This document shows positions 1 through 9,580 of a stretch of DNA of 64,000 nt, one piece after another; position 1 is the stretch's first letter; the number at the start of each line of letters is the position of its first letter. Under the pieces are notes generated by a model that was given only the letters and a program-made list of their open reading frames with translations, was not told where the DNA came from and did no database searches. The position numbers and the translations under genes were made by a program. Origin of the DNA: Octopus sinensis (lineage: Eukaryota); NCBI RefSeq assembly GCF_006345805.1, contig NC_043015.1:48360001-48424000 (forward strand), in the 5' to 3' direction.

Positions 1-54
1 TAGTAGAAGACATACGTACGTTTAAATGCTAAAGGGTTCAATTTAGGGAGTTTG

Positions 55-270
55 GTGACCATGAGTTTGGTGTTATATGATCATAAAGATTGTCTGACAT
101 CCATTTTTGGGTTATGTGGGCTTTGTGACAAGGTACTGGTCATACTGAAAGATGTTATGGCTTAACAACCATTTCCAGCACCTCAATGTATCCAGTAGCA
201 TTAATTCTGTCCCTGTGGAAAGATGTAGGGTGGTATAACATGATCTCCATTCCTCACCAATCTCAAAACT
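55..270 (-). mobile_element. Degenerate Tc1/mariner-superfamily transposase fragment (DDE/D catalytic region)
   Basis: Minus-strand translation across frameshifts gives VIPPYIFPQG..INATGYIEVLEMVVKP..FQYD..PCHKAHITQKWMSDNLYDHI. This resembles the region around the second catalytic Asp (FQQD.AP.H) of Tc1/mariner transposases. Confidence 0.75.
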
Positions 271-633
271 GTAACAGGATCTGGAATCAGTATCACTGAA
301 GGGGGTGTCCGATCCGATCCCGTCACATTCAATTTAGTTAAATATAACAGACGAAGTCAGGTTATCTGGGAAAGACAGCAAATGTTGTTTATTACTCGTG
401 ATGGTGTACGTATTTTCTGAGGGGAAACGACAGCCGAATCTTTGTACTGCTTCTTGTTGGTTGATTGAAGTGATTCGATGTGGTCCGTTGCTAAGCCGGT
501 GTAGAGTTCTCAGAGACTACCAAATGCACGTCTGTTCACGAGGGCTGAAAATGCCAGAGAGAATGAGTGAGTGGACTGTGCCTTAGGGGTCAGTTTCCCG
601 CACATGCACTTGGGGAAGACTTCTGGTGGCCAA

Positions 634-662
634 CCGGAAGTAGTCCCATTCTGCGCATGCGC
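634..662. promoter_or_regulatory. Compact promoter-like motif cluster: ETS site, ZNF143/Staf-like site and NRF1 palindrome
   Basis: CCGGAAGT (634-641) overlaps AGTAGTCCCATTCTGC and is followed by TGCGCATGCGC (652-662), in a locally CpG-retaining island. No transcript evidence; it could be TE-derived. Confidence 0.35.
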
Positions 663-878
663 GCTGAACCTTACACAGTAGCATCACTACAAAACCATCA
701 CAGTAGCAGGAAATTTAGTGCGCATCAGAAGTAAAGGATGCAACCATTAATAGGAGATCAATATGTCTAGCAGTGGTATCAATCAATAGATTTAGAACCA
801 ATATCATCTGTTAGAACAAAAAGATTCAAAATTTACATTTCTTGATGTTGACATTGTTTTTTTTTTCAATAATTTCAG

Positions 879-1079
879 GAACATCACGAGGGTGTTGGCG
901 GTGCCATCAAACATGCAGTACATGACATGATTTATGGTCATGACCATCACCATGGAGGCCACCATGGACATCATGTTCACTATGACCATCACGATCATCA
1001 TGGTCATCATGGTCATCATGGTCATCATTATGACCCTCATCATCATCATCACGATTACCATCACCATGACCACTGCTAA
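879..1079 (+). CDS. Terminal coding exon of an unidentified histidine-rich protein: EHHEGVGGAIKHAVHDMIYGHDHHHGGHHGHHVHYDHHDHHGHHGHHGHHYDPHHHHHDYHHHDHC*
   Basis: A T10 tract and TTTCAG acceptor (AG 877-878) precede 66 open codons ending in TAA 1077-1079. 32 of 66 codons are His, using both CAT and CAC; Gly uses GGT/GGA/GGC. AATAAA lies 83 nt after the stop. Upstream exons were not found in the window. Confidence 0.7.
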   Translation, partial: EHHEGVGGAIKHAVHDMIYGHDHHHGGHHGHHVHYDHHDHHGHHGHHGHHYDPHHHHHDYHHHDHC

Positions 1080-1161
1080 AACACTTCTTCAGTGTAACAT
1101 TGAGGATGACAAAATTAAACCAATAATTGTTTCCCATATAACATTGTTATAATGACTTTAT

Positions 1162-1167
1162 AATAAA
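1162..1167 (+). terminator. Candidate polyadenylation signal for the His-rich gene
   Basis: Canonical AATAAA 83 nt downstream of TAA 1079. Confidence 0.5.
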
Positions 1168-1607
1168 CCTTATAACAACATTATAATGTTATAAATATAT
1201 TATGTTATTATGATAGCATTATAATAACATTATAAGAAAATTTTTTACAAGAAATGAAGGATAACGTTTCTAAAAGTTATGCTGTATTCTTCATGGCCGC
1301 TGAAAACCTCTGTCAGACATTTGTAAACCATTCTAAAATGCTCATAGCAAGTTACCAGAGATGGCCACATAAAGATTGTCATATGTTTATAATAAACCAG
1401 GAAGACACCGTTTTCTCGGGTTCCTGAAAATTCAAAGTATAAAACATGCAAAGTAACAACCAATTGTTCAATAATACTTTTTAAAATATTTCCAATCAAT
1501 AAAAATAAACTTTCATGACATTGAAAATTCGTTTTTGGATCATTAACTGGAATATTCAATCATCATCATCATTGTTTAACGTCTGGTAACAAATTACTTT
1601 ACATATA

Positions 1608-2009
1608 TCTATATATATAAAACTGAAGTTGTGTGGTGTCTGTCTCCTACGATTTAGATTCCTAACTACTCCCACATTTTGCGGTGCAGTTTAACCAAAA
1701 GCGGGTATCTTATAGTCATGATTCATATCGAGCCCTTCTGGGTATAAGTGCGCATCTACGATGAGTCTACGATTTAAAAAAAAATTTACCATAATTTTTT
1801 TCCATTTTTAATGCATTTTTTTGCTACTTTATAAGGGAAGTAACTCTCTAAAAATGTCTACGATGAGTCTACGATTTAAAAAAAAATTTACCATAATTTT
1901 TTTCCATTTTTAATGCATTTTTTCTATTATATAAGGGAAGTAACTCTCTAAAAATGCTTATATGGTTATTTCCCTTACAAACCCGAGCAATGCCGGGCAA
2001 TACTGCTAG
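1608..2009 (+). mobile_element. Non-autonomous Helitron, copy 1 of a head-to-tail dimer
   Basis: Begins A|TCTATATATATAAAACTGAAG and ends with the hairpin ACCCGAGCAATGCCGGGC then ATACTGCTAG. Contains an internal ~100-bp tandem duplication. Confidence 0.8.
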
Positions 2010-2380
2010 TCTATATATATAAAACTGAAGTTGTGTGGTGTCTGTCTCCTACGATTTAGATTCCTAACTACTCCCACATTTTGCGGTGCAGTTTAACCAA
2101 AAGCGGGTATCTTATAGCCATGATTCATATCGAGCCCTTCTGGGTATTAGCACGCGTCTATGATGAGTCTACGATTAAAAAAAAAAATTACCATAATTTT
2201 TTTCCATTTTTAATGCATTTTTTTTGCTATTGTATAAGGGAAGTAACTCTCTAAAAATGTCTACAATTTAAAAAAAAATTTACCATAATTTTTTTCCATT
2301 TTTAATGCATTTTTGCTATTATATAAGGGAAGTAACTCTCTAAAAATGCTTATATAGTTATTTCCGGGCGATACTGCTAG
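2010..2380 (+). mobile_element. Non-autonomous Helitron, copy 2 of the dimer
   Basis: Starts with TC directly after the CTAG of copy 1 and has near-identical 5' sequence. Ends CCGGGCGATACTGCTAG|T; the left arm of the 3' hairpin is deleted. Confidence 0.8.
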
Positions 2381-2502
2381 TTTCTCATAAACCGATAAAG
2401 AAATCTCTAAAAGATCACTTGACTTGCAAGAAAATACAGCCAAATCTTTTTTAAAAAATCTCCCTCCACTATCAATTTCACTTTTTTGCATTCAGATACA
2501 TT

Positions 2503-2728
2503 CTTATTTCTTTATTGCCCACAAGGGGCTAAACATAGAGGGGACAAACAAGGACAGACAAACGGATTATGTCGATTACATCGACCCCAGTGCGTAACTG
2601 GTACTTAATTTATCAATCCAAAAGGATGAAAGGCAAAGTTGACCTCAGCAGAATTTGAATGTAAAAACAGATGAAATACCGCTTAGCATTTTGCCAGGCA
2701 TGCTGACATTTCTGCCAGCTTGCCGCCT
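2503..2728 (-). mobile_element. tRNA-derived SINE, working name family B
   Basis: Minus strand reads GGCGGCAAGCTGGCAGAAA (A-box-like)...TTCAAATTCTGC (degenerate B-box)...CCTTTCATCCTTT...GTACCAGTTACGCACTGGGGTCGAT...GGGCAATAAAGAAATAAG. The family recurs many times in the window; a partial copy lies at ~2750-2925. Confidence 0.8.
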
Positions 2729-2962
2729 TTGGGAAATATATTTTTTTCCTACTCTAGATACAAGGCCTGAAGTTTGGGGGAAGGGGGCCAGTCGATTAGA
2801 TTGACCCCAGTGCGCAACTGGTACTTAATTTATTGACCCCTCCCCAAAAGAATGGAAAGTAAAGTCAAATTCAGCAGAATTTGAACTCAGAACGTATGCT
2901 AATGTTTCTGCCAACTTACCACCTAGAAAATATATTATTATACACTAATATACATTATTTGT

Positions 2963-3225
2963 GGAGGCACATGACCTAGTGGTTAGAGCAGTGGGATCGC
3001 AGGTTTGAATCTCAGACTGGGCGATGTGTGTGTTTATGAGTAAAACATCTAAGCTCCACCTGGGTCTGGCAGAAGGTAATGGCGAACCTCCGCTGACTCT
3101 TTCGCCACAACTTTCTCTCACTCTTTCCTCCTGCATCTTGCAGCTCACCTGCGATGGCCTGGCGTCCCATCCAGGTGGGGAACCTATACGCCAAGGAAAC
3201 CAACCCATTATGAGCCAGGTATGGC
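2963..3225 (+). mobile_element. tRNA-derived SINE, working name family C
   Basis: Head GGAGGCACATGACCTAGTGGTTAGAGCAG...GGTTTGAATCTC has A/B boxes. The body GGGCGATGTGTGTGTTTATGAGTAAAACATCTAAGCTCCAC is shared with the copy at 39937-40168. Confidence 0.7.
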
Positions 3226-3374
3226 TCCAGAAGGAACAAACAATATATATTATTTACAATGGACGGACAGGTATACCCTGATATATTTCAGACTCATGCC
3301 TTCTATCTTGGTTGTTTTAGTCATTCTATCCTCCACCATTTTTCAAGAATTATCAGGATTATATAGTAATATTA

Positions 3375-3960
3375 AGACATGGTAGAACCATTAACATGCC
3401 AGGCAAAATGCTTATCAGCATTTCATCCATCTTCACATTTCAAGTTCAAATTTTGCCAAGGTCAACTTTGCCGTCCATCCTTTCAGCATCCATAAAATAG
3501 TACTAGTAAAATACTGGGGTTAATGTAATAGACTTACTACATCCCATGAAACTGCTGGCCTTGTGCCAGAACTTGAAATCAATATTATATAGCAATATAT
3601 TCATTGTACCCCAAGGCAGAATCATCAGCTCGTTGGAGGAAATGCTTAGTGGTATTTCATCTGCCACTACGTTCTGAGTTCAAATTCCACCGAGGTCAAC
3701 TTTGCCTTTCATCCTTTTGGGGTCAATTAAATAAGTACCAGTTACGCACTGGGGTCGATATAATCGACTTAATCTGTTTGTCCCCTCTGTGTGTCGTAAA
3801 GAAGTAGGTGTTTTGTCTGCCTCAATGTTCTGAGTTCAATTTTGCCTTTCATCCTTTTGGAATCAATAAATTAAATACCAGTAAAACACTTGTGGGGGGT
3901 CAATGTAATCGATTAGTCCCTTCCTACAAAATTTCAGGCCTCATGCCTTAAGTAAAAAGC
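3375..3960 (+). mobile_element. Cluster of three partial or degenerate family B SINEs
   Basis: Repeated TTCTGAGTTCAAATT...TTTGCCTTTCATCCTTTT...ACTGGGGTC blocks at ~3440, ~3670 and ~3830. Confidence 0.7.
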
Positions 3961-4271
3961 ATTATTACATATTGATATATTCAGACTAATCTTGGCTTGT
4001 TATAGCCATTCTACCTTTAGGTCTTCGTCTGGTCACTGACATATTTAGTAACATTCTTGGAATTTTGAACTGATTTCTTTATTCAAGACACAAACGAAGA
4101 TGATTCTTATTCCATGCCGAGAATATTCTTGTACACATGATGCTGTTTGCTTCTAGATATACAGAGTATGCCTATATACCAATATACACTCTGGTATATT
4201 TGCACATACTAAGTGCATGTATATAAAAAGGGTTAACATAATTAAATGAAGGGAATGGCTTCAAACGTAAC

Positions 4272-4410
4272 ATCATCATCGTTTAACGTCCGCTTTCCAT
4301 GCTAGCATGGGTTGGACGGTTCAACTGGGGTCTGGGAAGCCCGAAGGCTGCACCAGGCCAGTCAGATCTGGCGGTGTTTCTACAGCTGGATGCCCTTCCT
4401 AACGCCAACA
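4272..4410 (-). mobile_element. RTE-LINE 3'-tail-derived repeat
   Basis: CATCATCATCGTTTAACGTCCGCTTTCCATGCTAGCATGGGTTGGACGG..., the reverse complement of the (GAT)n-tailed end seen throughout the window. Confidence 0.75.
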
Positions 4411-4690
4411 TTTTTTAATATTCTTTCTATCTTCACAATGACATGCCATGACTGTCTCCCACCTTCCATTAACACTGTCAGGTCCTCAGTTTTTGGTTGT
4501 GTATCTCAACCAATAACACTAATGTAATTCAGTAGTTTTTGTCCTTTATTAGTTTGTGGAAGTTTCCCAAATCCAGTATCTGATACATCCTGTAATGGTG
4601 TTAGCTGTTTAGGGTGGTTTATGTCTATGCTGGGCCTACAAAAGATATTTTCAGTGCCCAGTAAATGCACTGTGTCAGTTGAGGAAAGTT

Positions 4691-4815
4691 TGGAGCATTG
4701 TTGAAAGAAAGACCAATCTACTACCTCACAATACTATAGCTTCTCTGAAGACCACTATTGTCCAAGTGATGTCATAAATGAACAAGGGCCATTTAATGCA
4801 AGCATGTCTACTGTG
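4691..4815 (+). mobile_element. Tc1/mariner transposase C-terminal fragment
   Basis: Translates WSIVERKTNLLPHNTIASLKTTIVQVMS*MNKGHLMQAC, resembling the segment after the PDLNPLD motif. Apparently the same superfamily as 55-270. Confidence 0.6.
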
Positions 4816-5066
4816 TTGCAGAAAGCCAAGATAAGCAGTAATTTAAGCTTCATGGATCAAGGTGCACAAATCTCGAACATCACTGAGAAATCAGTGAAGA
4901 GATTAGAAAAGGTGTTTCCTTGCAGTTTGAAAGACAAAGTACCCATCCGTGTGACCAACCAAGAACTGGAAGAAGCTGCAGAAGACAAATCCTGGCAAGT
5001 TTAAGCCTTTGATTTACTAGCAAGAAACCCTCCCATACATTCTCTGAATAATCTTAGTATATGAGT

Positions 5067-5139
5067 GGTTTCGTGGTGTAGTGATTATCACGTCTGCTTT
5101 ACACGCAGAAGACCGCGAGTTCGAACCTCGCCGGAACCT
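5067..5139 (+). tRNA. tRNA-Val-TAC: tRNA-Val(TAC), variant or possible pseudogene
   Basis: Full cloverleaf: acceptor GGTTTCG/CGGAACC, D stem GTGT/TCAC, anticodon stem TCTGC/GCAGA with loop TTTACAC, T stem GCGAG/CTCGC with loop TTCGAAC. Pol III terminator TTTTT at 5146-5150. Deviations: A at position 19 and T at discriminator 73. Confidence 0.9.
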
Positions 5140-5152
5140 ATTTAGTTTTTAA

Positions 5153-5497
5153 GGCACAGGAGTGGCTGTGTGGTAACTAGCTTCCTTACGAACCACATGG
5201 TTCCGGGTTCAGTCCCACTGCGTGGCACCTTGGGCTGACCAAAGCCTTGTGAGTGGATTTGGTAGACGGAAACTGAAAGAAGCCTGTCGTATATATATGT
5301 GTGTGTTTGTCCCCCGCCAACATCGCTTGACAACCGATGCTGGTGTGTTTATGTCCCCATAATATAGCAGTTCGGCAAAAGAAACCGATAGAATAAGTAC
5401 TAGGCTTACAAAGAAAAAGTCCTGGAGTTGATTTGCTTGACTAAAGGCGGTACTCCAACATGGCCACAGCCAAATGACTGAAACAAGTAAAAGAGTA
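5153..5497 (+). mobile_element. tRNA-derived CORE-like SINE, working name family A
   Basis: GGCACAGGAGTGGCTGTGTGGT (A box), GGTTCAGTCCCA (B box), CCTTGGG core-like motif, internal (TA)n(TG)n, and 3' tail TAAAGGCGGTACTCCAACATGGCC...TGACTGAAACAAGTAAAAGAGTA. Confidence 0.9.
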
Positions 5498-6064
5498 TAT
5501 GAAGTCCTGATATCCATATTTAGCCTTAGAGACTGAGCAGCATTGACCCACGTGGACAAAACAGATAAGGTCTCCCCATCAGCAGCATGAAGGAATTTGT
5601 GGTAACCAGTACTGAGAAGGTGCTAGTAATACTGAGTCCCATGACCCCTAAATCTCTCAGGCTGGTATTGAGGTCAGGAGAAATTGTTCAGGCTGCCGCG
5701 ACAGCTGAAGCATAGAGTACTGTACCTTGTGGTTATGGAAAGGATGACCTGGGTAGCAGAACATCTTACAATGATAAGGACAGGAGGTTGCTGATCCAGA
5801 ATCAAGTATGAGGAGGAATGAACCAGCAAGTGTTGGTATGCAGCACCAGGAAGACTGGATAAAATGAGAGAAATGGTGGCTCACTAAATCTCATGGTCTG
5901 AGTTTCAGATTCAGGGAGTCTGTGATTCTATTGAGCCCCTCCAACTTGTTCTACTGGGGCAAGATCACTGACATGTCTTCTGCACCCTCGAATGCATTCT
6001 CAGCAATTGTCCTAAATGTCATTGCCATTCTGAAGGCTGTAACAGACACTGTCTACAGTGACAT

Positions 6065-6632
6065 ATGGTTTCTGATTACAAATATCTTGGGTCATACATA
6101 TCATCATCTGGAAAAGATTTTCTAACTAGAAAGGCTATGGCCTGGTCAGCCTGTAATGACATGCATAAGATCTGGTCATCAAATCTAAGTAGAGACTTCA
6201 AACTTGAAATCTTCAAAGCCACAGTCAAACCAATTCTACTATATGGCTCAGAAACCTGGATGTTATCAAAGAAGCTTGAGAGGCGGTTGGATGGAACCTA
6301 CACTCACCTCCTTATGAGAGCTCAAAATCTCTCATGGAAGCATCATCCAACCAAAATGCAAATATATGCGAAACTACCACCTGTGTCATCTCTTGTGAAA
6401 GGTAGGAGAGTCCAGTTTGCTGGACATTGTTGTAGAGCTGAAAACGAGGCAATGTCTACTCTTCTCCTCTGGAAGCCATCTACTCGCAATACCAGAGGGC
6501 ACACACTCTCCTACCCTGATGTAATCTCCAGGGATACAGGCATCCAGCAACAGGACCTCCGTAATGCTATGATGGACCGCGAAGTCTGGTAAATTCCATT
6601 GTCTCAACCACGGTCGAACAATGATGATGTTG
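6065..6632 (+). mobile_element. 5'-truncated non-LTR retrotransposon (RTE-like RT C-terminus) with a 10-bp TSD
   Basis: ORF contains YKYLGSYI, FKATVKPILLYGSETW and RRVQFAGHC, with an (ATG)n tail at 6621-6629. The direct repeat ACAGTGACAT lies at 6055-6064 and 6633-6642. Confidence 0.9.
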
Positions 6633-7739
6633 ACAGTGACATTAGTCATAGGAAGTACAACTACTCAATGAGGAAGGCCATTACTTTTGTCATGGGTAGC
6701 ACGAAGCTGATATTAAGCACCAGAACAACCTTCTTTAGCCTACTATCAATGGCACAAAATTAGAGCTTGAAGTAGATGAAGTTCCCCCAAAACTGTCACC
6801 TCAACATTGTTAAGGTGCTGATCCTAAAAGCATCCAAACAAATGGTTTAGAACCTTTTTTTTCTTAGGACTGGACTGAGTGGGGCCATCAAGAGGATGAA
6901 AATGAAGCTGAGCTGGTGGTATCATATTGAAAAAATTAAAATAAAGAAAAACCGGATGCCCTGCAAGGTGGGATGCAGGTTTGCAGTCCTTCTGCAAAGC
7001 CTACAAGATGCAGGGCATCACAAGAGCTGGTAGACGAAAGGCTGTCAGCTTGCCAACAGAGACAGCTGTGAATTAAGAAGTATGAGCCATGGAAAGGGTC
7101 GTGCTAACTGAATTTAGGCTAGGGATTGACTGACACAGAGGAGCTGTGTATGATTACTGAAAGGCCAAAAGCACCCGATGACCTAAGGTAACAACACTTA
7201 TGGCATGCCCAGGTGCAGCACAAGCTGATGTATGAGAAGACTGATATTTTAGGTTTATATAGTTGTGCCAAGTAACATTAGATAGAAACCATAATTTCCT
7301 CCAAACTTAATTGAAGCCATCCAAATTATTCTCAGCATTTTTCTTATATATATATATATGCTTCCCAGATACTCTGACAACTGACAAAATATCCACCACT
7401 ATTTTGCAAACCAAGTAAACATCTGCTGATTTATAAAAATAACTACTAACAAGCTAATTGCTTTATTAATTAGTGGATAGTGTAGGACGCATTAGAAATC
7501 ATCATTTTAACATCTACTTCTCTATGCTTGTAGGGGTGGGATGGAATTTGTTGAGGCAGTCTACAGATGGATGTCCTTTCTGTTGTCAACTCTCAAGGAA
7601 ATATTTTCCCATGACTACACATTTTCACAGAAGATTGGAAGTGAAAGACATACCTTGTGTAACAGTAACACTTGCTTACAACTACCATTTGGTCATGGCA
7701 AAGTGACAGTGACATGCATATATATATATATTAACATTC

Positions 7740-8310
7740 ATGTTAGTTTCTATCAAGCAAATTCACTCTCAAGGTTTTGGCCAGCCTGAGGCTATAGTAG
7801 AAGATACTTGCCTAAGGTGTTAAGCAGCAGGACTGAACCAGGACCGAACAATGTGGTGAGCTGGCAGAAACGTTCGCACGCTGGGCGAAATGCTTAACGG
7901 TATTTCGTCTGCCATTACGTTCTGAGTTCAAATTACGCCAAGGTCGACTATACCTTTCATCCTTTCAGAGTCGATTAAATAAGAACCAGTTACACACTGG
8001 GGTCGATATAATCAACTTAATCAGTTTGTCCCCTCTATGTTTAGCCCCATGTGAGTAGTAAAGAATTAAGAAACTTTAGCATGCCGGGCAAAATGCCTAG
8101 TGGTACTTTGTCTGCCGCTACGTTTTGAGTTCAAATTCCGCCAAGATCGACTTTGCCTTTCATCCTTTCACACTGGGGTCGATGTAATCGACTTAATCCC
8201 TTTGTCTGTCCCCTCTATGTTTAGCCCCTCGTGGGCAATAAAGAAACAAGGACTGAACCTGAGACCATGTGGTTTGGAAGCAAACTTCTTACCACACAGC
8301 AACACCTGTA
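7740..8310. mobile_element. Minus-strand family A SINE interrupted by a tandem pair of plus-strand family B SINEs (7853-8248)
   Basis: Family A halves lie at 7740-7839 and 8249-8310. The repeat AGGACTGAACC at 7829-7839 and 8249-8259 flanks the insert. Confidence 0.75.
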
Positions 8311-8433
8311 TCTAAAAGTAATAACACAATAAATTAGGTGTAAAAGACTGAAGAGAACAATCCAAGATTTTTTATATGATGAACAAATTATTCATTTCAT
8401 GGACTCAATAAATTAATTAGCTTTCAGAAATTA

Positions 8434-8817
8434 TCTTATATATAAAGCTGAAGTTGTCTGTGTATGGCAGGTTTGGTAGTCTTCAACTATCACTATCTCC
8501 TCCAAGACCCTGCGGCGCAAGTTGACCAAAATTGAGAGTATGATAGAAGAAGGCTTGCTCTTCATTCCGTAGCAGATAAAATTCAAATCAGACCATGTTA
8601 ACATAAAAAATTATTTACATCAAAAAGGTGCTTTTTTTTCTATGAAAAGCTCTATTTTTTTTTTACGATTTTTTGACTGCTGTGTCACCATTTTTCGGTG
8701 TATTTCAACCAGAAAAATGTTCACTTAAAGAGAATAACAAGCTACATAATGCACAATTTTTACTTTTCAAAAATTCCAATTCTAAAGGGTTGAAACAAAC
8801 CCGAGCGATACTGCTAG
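8434..8817 (+). mobile_element. Non-autonomous Helitron sharing termini with the 1608-2380 family
   Basis: A|TCTTATATATAAAGCTGAAGTTGT...AAACCCGAGCGATACTGCTAG|T, with a different interior. Confidence 0.75.
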
Positions 8818-8931
8818 TATTCAATATAATGAACCAAATCTAAAATAGTTTCTTAAAATCCAGTGCTATCAGCTGGGTCACAAGAATCTTACTTGATTAG
8901 AATCAATCCAAAAAATAAGGAACTCACTTGA

Positions 8932-9010
8932 ACCCTTTAGCATTTAGATTATTCTGTCAAATGTAATGTTTATTTATTTACATTGCTTGGAATTAAATAT
9001 TTTGGCTAAT
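8932..9010 (+). mobile_element. Partial piggyBac-like MITE (AACCCTTTAGCATT family)
   Basis: Terminus AACCCTTTAGCATTTAGATTATTCTGTCAAATGTAATG is shared with the copies at 17589, 23300, 26586, 32774 and 49453. Confidence 0.6.
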
Positions 9011-9399
9011 TTTAAATACCAAAAAGGTTAAATTTCACTTGCGAGAAATTTAAGTTGTTGAAACTGGTGGCAGATAACTGGGAGAAAAAATCTCATATTT
9101 CATAAACCAATAATGTAGTTTGGACTTGCAACACACTAAATACTTGGCAAATTGCTGATAAACTAAAATACCAGTTGAATAATATGCTACAGATAAGCCC
9201 CATCCTTTTTAGATAATTAGAAATTTTTGGGTGAAAATTAACATTTCATTATCACCAATAGAGAGTATTTCACATGTTGAGTCTCTCCAAACACTGCCCA
9301 TCAGCTCAGTACAGAACAAACTCCATTATCAGATGTCTTGGCTTAAACCATGCAGTTTGACCCAAGACATGCTAAAACTGGCACAAGACCAGCAATATT

Positions 9400-9580
9400 G
9401 AGGGACAGGGGGGAAACAATTACATTAATCCCAGTGTTCAATTGGTACTTATTTTATTGACCCTGAAAGGCAAAGCTGTCCTCAATGGAATTTGAACTCA
9501 GAATGTAGAGAACCAGAAGAAATGCTGCTAAGCATTTTGCTGACAGGGTAATGATTTCGCCAGCTTGCTACCTTATGTCA
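9400..9580 (-). mobile_element. Degenerate family B SINE
   Basis: CCAGTGTTCAATTGGTACTTATTTTATTGACCCTGAAAGGCAAAG...GAATTTGAACTCAGAA...GCTAAGCATTTTGC. Confidence 0.7.

Noticed and set aside
551-572. ATG 551 and GTGAGT donor at 567 as an upstream exon of the His-rich gene
   Set aside because: The phase is incompatible: splicing to 879 enters a frame that stops after about 15 codons.
297-691. Possible solo LTR (TG...CA ends, minus-strand AATAAA near 390)
   Set aside because: No matching 4-6-bp TSD for any candidate end pair, and no PBS or PPT.
820-1137. Selenoprotein-P-like idea: the minus His/Asp ORF reads through TGA at 907-909 for about 27 more codons
   Set aside because: No SECIS is recognisable, no splice signals support it, and the plus-strand exon explains the sequence better.
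804-1152. ORF-track entries 804-1073 (minus, Met-rich), 907-1137 (minus, Asp/His-rich) and 934-1152 (plus, Met/Ile-rich)
   Set aside because: These are shadow frames of the CAT/CAC-rich exon. Only the frame starting at 879 has an acceptor, a stop and a downstream AATAAA in the right order.
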